Assembly (NCBI GenBank): GCA_002633005.1
Contig: NMRA01000019.1
Location: 272,380-336,379 of the forward strand
Length of the DNA stretch: 64,000 bases
From: Phoronis australis
Taxonomy: Eukaryota; Animalia; Phoronida
Direction of reading: 5' to 3'
Part shown: piece after piece, positions 1-14,385 of the stretch
How positions within the stretch are numbered: the first letter of the stretch is position 1
How the letters are laid out: each line of letters begins with the position of its first letter
Notes under the pieces: model-generated
The model's database searches: none
What the model saw: the letters and a program-made list of their open reading frames with translations, nothing else
Told to the model about the DNA's origin: nothing
Made by a program: the position numbers and the translations under genes

Positions 1-2189
1 TTCTCGACTATTTACCTTTGGACAGCTCTCTGCTCTCAAACCGTTAATACCTGGCAGACAAAACGCACGTGGTTTCACTGGAGTTTGTAAAACACCGCAG
101 TAACGACTAAATGCAGTTATGAAAATCAAGTCTCCCCACCACATCCTTCCATTTGACTTTATGTATCTGCCTAACTTCGTTAATTTTGACATTTGCTGCG
201 TAGTCGGCCAACTCGTCTGCCCAACATTTGTCGTATTCTTTCCGTTTTATCTGAAACAGCCAGTGGTAATCTATTACACAGTTTTGACTTCAAGGTACGT
301 AGCGTTAATGGCTACTGTCCGCTGGGATCTTTGACGACAGTTGTTTTTAATCAGAACTATTAAGACATCTTCATTAAAACAGGGTTTCGATAGAACGACC
401 AGATTGGTGATATTTATCAGGTGTGGTAAATTCAGTGATTAAAATGCATACGGTTATGGTTTAATCAATTGCAAAATATTAAAAAATCGCCACGGTATCA
501 AAGGCGTTTCACAAAATCTATCCAATATTTTAAAGTGATCTTTTCCTACAACAATTGTCCAGTGTACTAATTATGAATGCCACTTGCTTGTTTTACATAT
601 CATCAAACAACGAATTAAAACATAAACACAACTGAAGTGGAGTTGAATGACGTCACGTGCCCTATGGGACATTGTAGGGCCAGTCAAGTGCACGCTGTTT
701 TGGGTTTCGATAAGACTCACTTCATCAACTGATAATCGCTAACCAAGGGCGTCTTCTTCACAACGAACGTGTGGTCCGTTCAGAAACGTCGGACAAATTA
801 CCAGTAAGAGATTCTCACTACGTGTACATCTGTTTCACAAACTGACGGCATTATTTCCGAGTTATATATATATTTTAATCTCAGAGTGACCGAATTTAAA
901 AAAAATGTACAATAAACCCGCGCCTTCAGTCACAAAATAACCTTTGACTTAGGTCACTATTTTAAAATCGGTCTCATCCTGGTCACGGCTCACATTAGAA
1001 ATGTCTAAGCTCTAAATTAACTGGTAGGACGTTTTTCTCTTTAGACTTGGCACCGCGGGCCCAATGAGTTTATTGTCAAATAAGCGTGTTAGTTTCAGTC
1101 GGCAACTATGAGAAATTATGGCCGTCAGGGATACTCAAGGCGATTGTAACCAACTTAGACTCAAAAGAAAGGCAACGAACACGATTATGACGTTGCTTTG
1201 CAAGAACGAACACGCATGTGAAGAAAGTCACCGGAAAAGTAATTGAATTTCATAACTTGTCGTGTAATGTTTTTAAGTATTTTTTTAAAGGGCGATATGT
1301 TATTGTTACAACATTATTACATTACAGATAACAATATCAAAACCAGATGTATTTGATAACGACGTCTGTTACTTTTTTGGCACACGAGACAATAACCAGC
1401 TTACTGACACATTCAAACACAGACAACATGGCCGTACTTCCTGTTATGTGTCATCAATGGGTAAGAAAGAGGACGACGTCAAAATTCGATAGCGTGAAAC
1501 ACAACAGCGCATTGATTAGGACGTCCTTGCTCATTTCACAGAGTTTGATTTGGCATTTGAATAAGGGTTAACTTCTTGATCGTATCATCCAGAGATAAAC
1601 CCCATACAGTGGGCTGAAAGACTACGAAAGGTCACCGCATTCGGCTCAATGTCACAGCGATTTCTGTCTTACCATGTTTTATACAACCGATCAAACGTCA
1701 TCCACCAAACCAGAGAATTTTAGAATGTGAGACTACCAGAATAAACTAAAATTTTATATCAAATTCTGTTCACTTTACACGTTTGCTCCATCTGATCTCA
1801 AGGACACTCACCCGCAGTTGATGCCGTTCAATGACAATAATTCCGCCTCAGCCCATTTAACGCAGGCGCAGCTGTGGTGGTGCACATGCGCTATGCTCGT
1901 AATGTGCACGACACATCCATTATTGTTGAGAAATGTCCAGCTAAACTACCTTGGAAAAATGATGGCTCTTTAAATTTCACTAAATGTCTGTGTCAGGTGA
2001 TGCCAAGTGTTGCTTGCGGAGTGGAAAAACGGGACATCTAGTTGAGTGTGCGGTTAAAGACATAAACACAGGTTAGAAAACGAATAGTTTTCAGTCTAAA
2101 TTCACAACATATATTACAAGGGATTGTTTACCTTTTATCAGAGTGAGATTCGACTATAGACACACACTTACATATATACAGCCATGTTT

Positions 2190-2900
2190 ACGTAGTCTTT
2201 CGTACGTACACACGTGCAATACTATGTACAATGTCCAAAATTTCTTTGCATAACGGCATTTTCATAGTTAACGAAATACACCTCTTCATATGAACAATCA
2301 ATTTGAACAGATCAAAGTGGCGTTGTCGTATATACATTTTACTAATCACGTTTTCGAGCCGCCGGTGCTTTTTCAAGCTCATCCCTGGAGACTACATCTT
2401 AGTCTCCTAGAGTAATTTTTCAAGTTTCATTTGTGAAATGCGGTTTTCAAACTTGAACGAACTAGATTTCATTTTGGATTCTGCCCACCTTTATTCCGAT
2501 TCTAGAGGAAAGTCCTGAGGGGATTTGCACTTAACATCTGTCCACAGTTTCACGAGCATAATGCACCGATTGACAAGCTGCCTAGTCAATGTTGAATTTA
2601 ATTGAACCGGACGTGTAATTTGGTTAATTGTATTCCAAAAACTGCACGATCTTTCGCTTTTAGCACCAACTTCCGGAATCCCGGAGAGCAACAACCCGAT
2701 ATTACAATGTTGGAAAGTCTTTTTGTTTCACTCGGGTGCCGATGTTGTTGATCACCACGCTCAGCTTTATTCTGCTGTTTTCATTAGCAGTGTTCGTGTT
2801 ACGCTCACGTCGTCTTGTCAACTGTCTTCATTATTTCGGTTAGTGGTAGCAAAATAAACTTTTTCAGAATCTCTTGGAAGCGCATTGAAGCATTTCAGTT
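2190..2900 (-). mobile_element. Degenerate non-LTR retrotransposon ORF1-like remnant
   Basis: Minus-strand translation, broken by stops and frameshifts, gives LLSGIPE...FKFENR...VYVRK in the order seen in CR1/L2-type ORF1 proteins (hhxGhPE...hKF...hhVR). Motif recall only. Confidence 0.35.
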
Positions 2901-4698
2901 TGTTTACTCTGTCAAAGGATTGGCCGCGTGTGTGTAAATTATAGAACGTTATTAATATGCTGCAACGACTTAGTATCAGAAAGTTGGTAAACCGAGAAAA
3001 TTGGCCTAAAGTCTGTAGATAAACTAAAGCAAGTCCTAAAACTGTGTTATTGTGTGAAATCTGATATCTCTAGTCTGTGCAAGGGCGCTGTAGTGATGTG
3101 CGGGATATGACAGCTAAAAGGAAAAGGTCTTCTTCACGAAAGTGACTTTAAACTAAGACAGAAATTTGGTGTTTCGCTCCCACTTTAGAATTGCTGAACA
3201 AACATTTAGCCAAGTACTTTGAATTATGAGCGCATCTGGGCCCATGCAGAAATAATTTATAGAAATTATCTATAGTTACCATATTTACTAGAAATTATCT
3301 CAGTAACTAGTAGCTATGTGATATTCTCAGAAACTTCGGACTTTTGCACAAGCGAGATTTAATAATTTTTCAGAAATGGATGTGTGGAGTGTAAGACTAA
3401 CCTTCAGACTATTCTTTTCACGAAATAGGTCACACGGCGAGTTCGCGGTGGTGCGTCATTAACATGGATATATTATGCCCCACTTGCGTTCGTTTGTGGG
3501 GCTTTTTAAATGAAGTTCGAGGCGTTGGCTCACATTGGTTCGGGGCATGCATTTTTTTCTTTAAGTAGGGAGGCGCAGGTTTCACAGTGAATCAAAGCAC
3601 GGATCAAAACTAAGTGTACTTCTAGGCCAAAAGACAAAGTTTACAAGAAACATGAAACTTGATAGCTTTTGAATTTAAGAAGCTTTCAAATTATTTTTGT
3701 TAGCACCACTAACTAGGCCCTTCATCGAAAATTGAGGAAATTCATGATAATGATCTTAAAATTCGCTAATTTTGAAGGAATCAAGCGCAGTTAAGAGGTT
3801 TGACCAAATCTAGAGTACATGTGACGTAACCACTAACAACACCTGTTTACGTTTTTACAGGTTGTATAGTTGATATGCATCGTTGGTTGCTAGAAGAAGA
3901 CCAAAATTACATAATACATTGAGTATCAGTCTTACCTTAGCAACAATAACACCACCCAGTGTCCACAAAATAACCAGGGTAGTTTTGAAGACATTTCCAA
4001 GATTTAACGATTCTCAGCATCAGGACACAAGAAAATTCAACATGGTGTGTCTTCGGGTCGGAACGTTTAAAGCTCACTTGCTCAAAACAACGGCTCAATT
4101 AAACACGAAACTGCAGTGAGTCTAGTCCTCTGTACCATACAGTGTGTTTCAATCATCTTAGTATGAGGCGCTGTTGCGGCCAAAGCAGTGCAACGGAAAC
4201 ACACTGACGGTTAGAAATCGACAATATTACCATGCCTTGCCACCAACATTATATGATGCACAACCAGCGTAAACCCAGCTCTATTTATGAGCGTTACAAC
4301 AGATAAACTGTCTCCTAGGGGTAACGAGAGGTTGTCACACGTAGTTGAGTGGAATGTGACCTGAGAGACGGGCTCAAAATTGTCAATTCCCTTTCAGATA
4401 ACCTTTGGCTATGTACATTTGATCGCACAGTTTTACATGACAAGCCGGAGATAGATTTCAAGGCGATAAACCAAAAACGCTTTTATTCGCGAAAGGTTAC
4501 GCATTAGCGTCTCAGTATACATTAGATCTAGAATTTCGAGCTGAGAAATTAGGATGCTATTGTTATTCTTGAAATAGCAATGTTGACAAATACCAAAAGA
4601 ATAGTAGAACTGGTTGAAACATTAGCTTCTACTGTCGTGATGAAATGCGTTCTTAATGAAGTCAACATCACCGTGATTCATCAACTTGAGTAACATTA

Positions 4699-4996
4699 CA
4701 CAAAATTTAACCGGTTATTGTATAGACAAGACCAATATCCAGTAGCGACTATATGTTACCTCGCTTTAAAATCTCCATCTGATCAAGATATGCATCCACA
4801 TCTTTACACGCGGTTAGCCTGTCTTCATAAAACCGTCAAATCTTCAATTTTGCACAAAATTTAACCGGTAACTGTATAGACAAGACCAACATCCAATAGC
4901 GACTGTATGTTACCCTCGGTTTAAAATCTCCATCTGATCAAGAGATGCATCCACATCTTTACACGCGGCTAGCCTGTCTTCAGAAGCCGTCAAATC
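4699..4996. repeat. Two-copy tandem duplication, ~154-bp period
   Basis: CACAAAATTTAACCGGT...CCGTCAAATC starts at 4699 and again at 4853, with scattered substitutions. Confidence 0.9.
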
Positions 4997-6329
4997 CCAC
5001 AAGCCTTTCACGCAGCTCAATATATTATCCCCATCCGGAATTCTCACACCTCATTCTTGCCGTAGATCTTTGTTATTCACAAATACTACTTAGCCTGCTG
5101 GCGGGCGCTTTCGTAACCTTTTAACTAGCACTTGAGAATATTTTTGAACGGTAGGAGGCCCACTCAACAATTTACGATGATTAGACATTAGCACAAGGTA
5201 AGATTCCCAACCATTCGAAAGAAGCGCTGCGCTAATGACCAGGTTCGAGGGAGGACCGTCCCTTTAACCTGTTAAAGTGATCAGATTTTGACGTGCCATT
5301 GTACACCCAGTTATGCGACGGTCGTAAACCGTGTTGTCCGATGATAAACTTGACAAATTGAGCTAATGAAATAACCAACGTAAAACCGGTAATTATTTGC
5401 TAACCTAAATATAGCATTGATGCTTGAGGTAGCATTTATAAGTTCTAAAGTATATGGAAGGTTCAATACGGGAGATGTCCAAGATCATAAATTGTCCGCG
5501 ACAATGTAAAAAAGAAAGGGAGTACTTAACCTTGTTTATGACAGGTGTGCTTGTCATTCGAATGATGCAGTATCGACTAGTAAGCAAATAACTGTACATT
5601 GCCGTGTTGAATTCGGTTCAATCAATTTCTGAGTAAATGAGAACTCAGTTGCGTACAGTGACGAAACAGTAGGCCCCAAAACATCTGATTTAGTAGATGT
5701 CTTGATTAAGCTATAATTATATAACAGGGCTTCTCTTTATCAGAAGGAGGCGCTCGGTTTCCAGCGTGGGCGAATGAAAAAATAGCGCGTAATTTTTATG
5801 CTGAAACAATGGTAAATGGACCTTGCGTACTGGATGTGTACCGAAGCTTACTTTCACTTTGAACTCGTTCTTGTTGGGTTTTGCATTGCCTCCTTAGTAA
5901 ACGTTAGTCGTCAGATGTGAAGTTGGGATCTCTGAAAATTTACCTTTTGTTCATAAAGCACCCTTTCTAGTTGTGCAAGTGCCAAAATAAGTCATGCATC
6001 AGTTGGCCAGATTGAAGCGTAGTCTTTGTAAGGCCTCTCCGAAGCATCCATGCCTTCTATACCGAGACCTCACTTTTCTCACAGGCAGTAAGAATCTGAA
6101 AACGATTCTTTTTCAAGAATGCAAAAGCTTTACTCATATACTATTCAACTGTAGACCTTATGAAGGGCAACAGAACGCACTGATAAATCTTTCATGACAT
6201 CAAGCAGCTATTCATCGAACCCGTTCTGAAATTCTTATGTTTGACGCATCCATGCTAATAGGAGTCAGTGCCACCTAGCGACATAAGAGCCCACTTCCTT
6301 TACTCAAGACCGTATGTTTCGTCGAGTCC

Positions 6330-6540
6330 CACTCTTGAGTCCAAGAAATTGACTTAAGTTCATTTTTGACTTAAGTCTAAGATTTGTCAAAATTAAGGCA
6401 AAACTTAGGTCATACACTTAATTCAAACTTAAGATCTATTTCTTGATTTGGTTTTCAGACAAATTTAACTTATACTTTAAAATTTACTAAGATTTAAGAT
6501 TTGTCTTAGCTAAGTCAGTTTTATTGGAACGGGTCCCTGG
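6330..6540. mobile_element. Partial MITE-like element rich in CTTAAG motifs
   Basis: Internally repetitive TTAAG/CTTAAG tract ending TTTTATTGGAACGGGTCCCTGG, which resembles a MITE terminal inverted repeat. No matching left TIR seen. Confidence 0.4.
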
Positions 6541-9500
6541 TCCCTGGCTCCTTAGCTCGATTTTTACTGTATATTAACAAAGTATAAAAAAATAATTTCC
6601 GGTAGTCAGTGCAATGGGCTCACTTAAACGGCTTGCGCACGTCTGTATTACTTTTACACGTTACAGAGTGTGGAAGTCCTCAGCGCGCCATTCCGCCATA
6701 TATTGTGATGTTGGGATTCGCATACAGTAATGACCAAGAGAAATTTGGCCGCACACTTTCGTCACCAGGACTAAAAATTGACAGAGGTACCGGTGCCTAA
6801 TTATGGTTGGAACTTAAATTCCGTTGTGAAGGTGTAGCCCGTTGTAAGAGTTTATTCCTCCGCTTAGTGTTACACAAGACATTGGTTTACTTGCATGTTA
6901 TTCTTCATTGTGAATTTGTGTCATGTACATCTCGCGGGCAATACCAGCCACGCCATTCTCAGACTTCTCGCCACGGCTGGTAGACCCTCTGTTCTACTTC
7001 TCGCGTTTTCATTCACGTTACTACATCTGTGCTAATTGATTATGCATAAACGTGAAAGCACCATTATTTTATTGTGATCAATTATTTATCAATGAATTAA
7101 GGGGGTCCTTAAAAGCCAATTGCAGGTAAACAGTGCCGGCGAACGCAGCTGTCTCGTTGTCTGTGTGAACAGACACGATGGAGCAGTTGACCACATTGTG
7201 TTTGATGGATGCTTTCGATTTCTTCGTGCCTTTTTTCACCAAGTTAACTAAGTTAAATAGGTCGATGAATCAATTGAGGTAGAACTCAGGCCAAGTGTCA
7301 GCGTTTCGTCCGATCTATACGCATATTCACCGAGGCTAAACTGGCCAGCAGACTCGAATAGTTTGCACCTTGCATGGAAAAGTTTACTGGGTTGGGCAAA
7401 AGTATGGTATCGACATACATACACATGTAGCACTCTGTGAATTTTGATTGGCATCAGAGTTGGAGGTAAATTAGGTGAACTTTTTTCTTGCTGAGTTAAC
7501 GCGTGTGTAATTCGTGTGTACATGCATGTCTTGTCGTTGTGTACCTTTCCGCCACCGTATGGTATAGTGAGTCCTACTCATTTTCTACAAAGGAGTTACA
7601 CTGGTTTTGAAAACGTCATACTAGGATTGCAGTGCCCAGTTGAATAGAAGTTACAAGCTATAACATGGTCGTCAACTATCAAAAACAGTCAAAAATTCAG
7701 CGTATAAAACGAATAATTATACAGTCCAATCCATCTCTTAACGCCAAACGGTTGCTATGTGATTGCTGCTTTAAGTTTGTGCACTGGTAACACCACCGGG
7801 ACCACGAGACCTATCACGTTGTCATAATGCCACAACACGCAATACTGCTCCTTCAATTCGTCATTGGCTATGTCAAAAATTATTGCAAGTTGTACCCAGT
7901 GACCTAAAGTGCTTCAGTACAGAAATATTCTATACATACACTTCATCACTTGTGTTTACAAAACACACTAAGATACAGCTCTTTGCAGGCATTGAAAAAA
8001 CATAACTGTTCAAACAATGGACCTTGTAACATCCTACGAATACACATGTAACTCGATACTTCCGCTGTACACGCATGTTGGGCAATAGAAAATTAAAAAC
8101 CACATTCGCTTACCCCATGATATAATGAACTTAATTAACTGGTATATGTGAAAACATATGCCGTGGATCACGGGGATGTGGCAGAATTGTTTCCAAAACA
8201 ACCACGCTGAAGGAGTCGATATTTTTCTAGTTATAGTTTGATAAAATTCATTCATCATTTTTTTTCACACCAGGAAGGATTACGTGTTCATGTACCAAAA
8301 ACCTTTGTCATGCAAATTAGATGAATACGCGAAGACTTGTAAATTAATAGTTCAGACAGTTACAGAGTTGTATTTTGATTTTTTTATCCCGTAAGTTCTT
8401 GCTCATTGAATTCTCAGTTTTCAACAGCCGGTTGCTATGGAGATGGATAGATTGCCCTGCGCATGCGGACACGTGGGAGTATTCCCTCGAGTGAACACTA
8501 CCTTGGGAATTCTCAATTAACATATATTTATCAGGTAAACATGGTGCTCACAGTGGTTAAATTTGCTTATAGAATATTCTATGTTGCTACAGGCACTTAT
8601 AAACTTTGCCGCAGCTTGACACTCAAGAGCTATGTAGTACCTTATCCACAAGTCTTTGTATTCAAACAAATGTGCACAACATTATAGATTTTAATTCGCC
8701 AAAGTGTTTATTTATTATTTTCTGAAATCAAACTTGATATCAATAATTGGGTCACGTGACCATGTGTTTTTTAGTGAAAATTAGCAAAAAAGAAAGTTCA
8801 CAGAATACCAACAACATCTTGATAACATGACCAAATTTTATTTGATAAAATCTCAAAAAGCACAGTTTTTTAAATGATTATTTCATTTTCGTTTTATGTA
8901 TCTGTCCAGTCTTTAAATAACCAATCTCTAAGTCCTATTTTTGACAGTTCATTATGCAAAAGCGGAAAATTAGCAAAAAAACAATTCTTGACTGGAAAAC
9001 AGCACATCAGGCATACGGCGTCTAAAAGCCATCTCTGAGATACATGTATGTTTTATCGAAGTAATTAGAAAAATTTGGAATTTTTCAAGACTTTTTGCAT
9101 AGCCTGATTTTCTGTATTGCTAGAAAAGTTTTCTGAATTCAGTACTAGTCTTTTCTGAGTATCAAAATCCATCACCATGGAACCCTCAAACACGCTGAAG
9201 AAATCAAATTCCAAACACACGGGTAATTGTAGGCTAGGAAACACCAGTAGCATTAAAACAACTTTAGAAAAACAATGGCCAGTATGTTTGTATAATCTTG
9301 TTAGTTGAGACGGGGTTAGCTAAGGATAATTTAGCGCGACTAGGGGAAGCCAGGCGCGTTCTGTTATTCTAACAAACGAAACAAGTGGTCCAATAATCAT
9401 TACCGTCCGGCGCCCTGTGGAGTACTGTGTCGAAGCAATCGCCCAAACTGGCGGGCTCTCTGAAAACCCGCGATGCCAGCATATTAAAATAACATTTTGC

Positions 9501-11615
9501 TTGGACATACACCCTCAATCTTAATACCAAAGAATATTTTTTCCACTATCATATTTCCTCAGAGCAAAGCACAATTTTTCAAAATTCCCTGTCACCAAAG
9601 AACACATTTTTGAAGACCAGAGAAAAGTAACTGCTTTACTTGAGCTGCCAAAACCAAACTCAAAACCCGCCATAAATCTAAAGTATATGTTTCATTTCTC
9701 GTACAGTTGGTCCGTGTATGCTGTAGTTAATCTCATCTTCAAGCTGTCCGGGTTTTGTTAATGGAGTCAGTGAATCGCAGCAAACATTTTATTTTGAGTG
9801 AGGGCTAAGGCGTAAACCTGAAATCCATATTGAAAAGCAAAGTTGAATGAGAGTTCATGGAGCTGTTTCAGGGCTTTTCCTTAGAGATAATACCTGTGTA
9901 CATCTAATCCACGGACGAATTGATTTAATCTTCAAGGACAAACACTTGTAACATTAAAGTATTATTGCATTTGCACCCCATTTGTGCACTAGCGCAAACG
10001 TGCTTCAAAGCTTCTCCTAAAGTGCTTTTACCTCAAATCTAAGATTATTGTCGCACTACCTCAAATTCATGTATTGTGGTATTCAGCGTAATTGGGATAA
10101 GAAGATTGATTCTTGCAATAAAGTGACTGCGTGCAGTTGAAGTGAGTTACGTCAGATTCTTCTCGAGCATGTATGTTTACGTGAACATTGCTTAAAAAAG
10201 CAAGTTTTCAAATCAAACTATTCCCGTTACAAGATCAGCTTTTAAATTGTCAGAAACGTTCACACTTTCAACCGTTCAGTGCACGGGTTAAAGGGTGATC
10301 GTGAATGTTTTTAAATACAACCATTTTGCAACTGCCCATAAGTCTGCAAGGTCGTACATGTAGCAGTCACTAGCGGATAGTTGCATTAGCGAGCAAAAGC
10401 TGCTTCTGCGGTAAGGGAGAATTCACATATTACGTCATCACTCGAAGGGGTAGGGAGTTTGGAAAGATCTGACAATTTATGACAGGGGGTGGGGAGGTTA
10501 GACTCACGACGGCGCCATCGTGTGCTTTATTAGAAAATCTCTATCACATTACATATCGGTGGGAACTGGTCCACCTTTTAGGGGATAGACTAATTTCAAC
10601 ACTGGGACCCACCGTTTCACTCTTCCAAGACTTGATCATAATATTTCACTGGGCTTACCTTATACACATGTACACAGACCAACGACAGACCTACTCCATC
10701 ACTGCCTATATAAAATTGCTTATGTTAACAGATCAAGCCAAGGAGTTGAACTCAGTTTACATGTAATATAAGTTATGATTATTTTAGAGAATGTAATGTC
10801 TCTTGTGTACTTCATGAGACTGTTTTATTTTCCTGGGCTTCGGAACAGTATACATGTATTTTAAGTCACACTAGCTGGGGTAACTGTGAAACAGTAGCCT
10901 CGACGCCTCTGGGCACGCGCCGATATCGTCTCATATTTTTATAGAGTGTTCGACAATAAATAAATAGGAAATTTCAACTTAGGCGGCGCCTAGACAATGA
11001 TGTATGCTTCCGTACTGTAAAATATCAAATTAAGGAGCTACTATAAATGGTTCGTCTTGTCGGTGAACAATAGGCATGCCGCTACTGTCCCGACGTTATT
11101 CTGCAATGAAGGATGCTATTTCAAGTTACTGTATGGAACCATAGACGTAGATACTGTATCTTACAGTTTGGAAGGCCAAGCTGATGGGACAGACTTTTCA
11201 TGGATAATGGTAATTTGCTGCAACTGATCAAGTATGATTATATCTTTGTTACCGTGGTGCTTTGTAGATCATTAAACTGCGAATGTGAAATTAGCTTCCT
11301 TACTCTTACTGATAACTAAAACTGCAAGCATTCTCACAGCTGACAATTTGTGCAGCATCACGCCTGCGACGGAGTCATATTCGTACGATTTTCTCCCTAA
11401 AAATTTTCCGGTCAACGGGAACATTTAGAGCCCGGGAGTGACGCGTCCAGTTTTTGACACAACTGAAGTTAAAAATAATTAATATTCAAGTGTAAAAACG
11501 ATTCGAATATTTACCCCACTTCACTGATTTGCAGGCGCCCCGCACTTAAACATGATACATATGCGGTAACAGACAAACAACTGGCAATAAGTCTCCAAAA
11601 TATAAATGTACTTAC

Positions 11616-11930
11616 CAGTGGCAACTAAACTCAATTTCCCTGGCTGGATTTCCCTTTATCGCAACAGTCGGTGCTCAAATTCACTGGACTGTATATGGCG
11701 TCAAAGTTTGAGAAGATATTTTCCACCCTTCTCTTGCCTCAACAAGACGGAACAAATCGAGCTCGCGACCGTCTTTAACAGCTTTTATATAAGAGTGGTG
11801 TGTTTTTTCAATGTACACAAAAGACATTCATTGATGTAGTTTGGGCACAGCACTTTGTATCCTTTTGATTGGAAACAGCGCTGAGCCAATCACAGCTCTC
11901 AATATTTCACCAACTCTGCGCGCATGTCTG
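11616..11930 (-). promoter_or_regulatory. Putative Pol II promoter and non-coding first exon of a leftward-transcribed gene
   Basis: Minus-strand TATATAAAA at 11783-11791, CCAAT boxes at 11868-11872 and 11886-11890, TGCGCGCATG near 11917. A consensus donor CTG|GTAAGTAC lies at 11616/11615, and the presumed exon has no ATG. Confidence 0.45.
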
Positions 11931-11950
11931 TTTTTATTTTAGAATTTCAC

Positions 11951-12005
11951 NNNNNNNNNNNNNNNNNNNNNNNNNNNNNNNNNNNNNNNNNNNNNNNNNN
12001 NNNNN
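11951..12005. other. Assembly gap (N run)
   Basis: Run of n. Confidence 1.
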
Positions 12006-14249
12006 GGCACTTTACAATGAACAAGGGGGCGGGAGGCAACCCAAAATGAAATGAGTTTCGATCGGGGAAGCTCTTCTTTGCAATGAACACCGTCCCATGG
12101 GTCCGTTATGCCCTAGTGGTTATGCAAGTGATCATAACACACTTTTCTCGTGGGATCTTGTGTTTCTTTTAAATATTTGCATGTTGGTGTTTGAATTTTT
12201 AAGAAATTCCAGCCAAATGAAAAGGTTCTATGTGTAATTATTTGTTCAGTCAAAACTCCACATACAAACCTCGCGTGAATGATCTTTATCCTTCACACCG
12301 TACCAAACAATTTGCCTGTACAGAATAATACGTTCATTGAATGCACGAAATTGTGTAGAGCTGGACTTTTTAGATCGTTTACGCGATTGTCACACTTCAA
12401 TTCGCAGTGCGGTTTATTCATGCAAGCTTTTCATACAAACATGTCTGTTTACGTTTCACGTGAGCGCTCACTGAGAAGAAAGGATGATGTTTGAGAACTA
12501 CACACTCAGTGTCAATGAATGACAAACATGCTGGGTTGAAAGGATTATAAACAAACAAATTCTTTAACCAATCCTGTATGAAATTTCTACCTGTGAAAAC
12601 GTCGGTAGCGAAAGTCATGGGACAGCATTAGACTCTTTGGTAAAAGCGGTTACGTGCATCAAAAGCACCGACTCGTTTCTAAAAATGCATACTTTTTCTT
12701 TAGATATGTCGGATCATTTCGATTCGTGAAGGGATGTGAGGGGTGAAGGGGGTGATGGGGAGTGCTTTTAGTAAGCGTTGATAACAAAGCTACTTGAAAC
12801 CAGAGTTGCCCTCTCATAAGATCCTGGCCGCCTCTGTGTCAGTAGGGGAATTGTTTCGGAAGGACGTTACCGATGAGTGTTTTGGTTGAAACAACAAAAC
12901 GTTTCACTTGCGGATATACCAAAAATGCTCCCACAACTAGGAACGCATTCACATTATACTTGGGAGTTCCTCGACGTACCTAAGTATTTTTCTGAAATGC
13001 GCCTTGTATTGGTAAACTTTTCAGACATCAGATGCCCGACCTTCGTGGAGGGTGATTCTATCAACACTGCAGTGAGGTTTATGCGGTGTGCTTTAGGGTG
13101 ACATTTTTTGGCAGATTAAATATGTCACGTATTTCCATAAGACAGTAACTGTTAATTAAATCATGTACACCGCGAAAATACATTGTGCTCTGCATTTTGC
13201 TCTCTGTTTGCAGCAAATGATATATAGCTACACATTGTGTGCCAGTACACAGTAGCCTAGTTGTCAAAACGGTGAGACCATAAACTACGGAACAGAGTCA
13301 GTGGCTTAGTTTTCACAATGATGCCAAAATAAACTTCAAATGAAAGGTGAACTCTTTTGTGGCAAATTCGAGCAACAGAAGTATAGGCGAAACAAAGCGT
13401 TTTTGAAGCAACAAACAACCAGGTACTGTTCAAAAATGACCCGTTGTAGTTATAACAACAGCTCTCACAATGAAAACGACGACTATTCTTGAAGGGCTCT
13501 ATTTTGTATAAAATAACACGCGCTGTGATTGTTTCATGAACATACCACAGCGTCGAGTTTGAATAAAATAACCACTTGTCTGTCATAATTAACGTACAGA
13601 CTATGCTCAGGATATTTGAATCACAGTGGTAGCACGATGAACAAGAGAGTTTGTGCGGATTTCCTGTCAAGAGCAAATAATTAATACAATAATTATTCCA
13701 ATTCAGCACAGGCACGGTTCAATATATGCATATGTTTATTGCCATGGTATAAAAGGCCAGCGTCCGGCTGCATGAAACAGTCCCAAATAGTCAACTGAGT
13801 TCCCTAAATCTTTTTCGTATGTGTTTCGTTCCTTAGGCACAGACGTAATATATTTATCATTTTATCTTTATCATAAGCTCTTCTTTGACTAATTGCATGA
13901 AACGATCCCTACTTATTTTCAATGATAATGACAATTCAATGTAGAGTTCGCTCTCGATTTTTATCAAAGCTAAACATTGACTTAGTAACGAGACTTAAAC
14001 GGCATAAGACAGGACAATCGGTGTTTCCGCAGGCCCATAAATACGCAGTAAATTTAAGGAAATTAGTTGAGTCCCTTATTTGGGACATGCAACCGAGCAC
14101 AGATGCCCACAGTACCATAATAGCGTTCAAGTTCATGGAACTTTTAAGTTCTATGAGTTTGAACGCTATTAGATGCTAGATGCTTAAAAGCATCCAGCAT
14201 TTCTCGGCATAACCTCTCTCGTCTTTCCAAAGCGTAAACATGTTTTTAA

Positions 14250-14385
14250 GAATGCAACTTTACAATCTACCATCAGATAAATGAAATTTATCAAGGTTGT
14301 AAATCGCCAAAACACAAGACATCCTCCTCAGATCATCGAATGCAGCACAAACAAGAATAGAATGTAATTCATCTTCAACACAGTT
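14250..14385 (-). mobile_element. LINE ORF2 C-terminal zinc-knuckle remnant
   Basis: CVEDELHSILVCAAFDDLRR matches the EDExHhhhxCxxhxDLR C-terminal motif of L2/CR1-group ORF2 proteins. Confidence 0.6.

Noticed and set aside
13257-13715. 152-aa minus-strand ORF
   Set aside because: No recognisable motif or splice context; composition typical of random AT-rich sequence.
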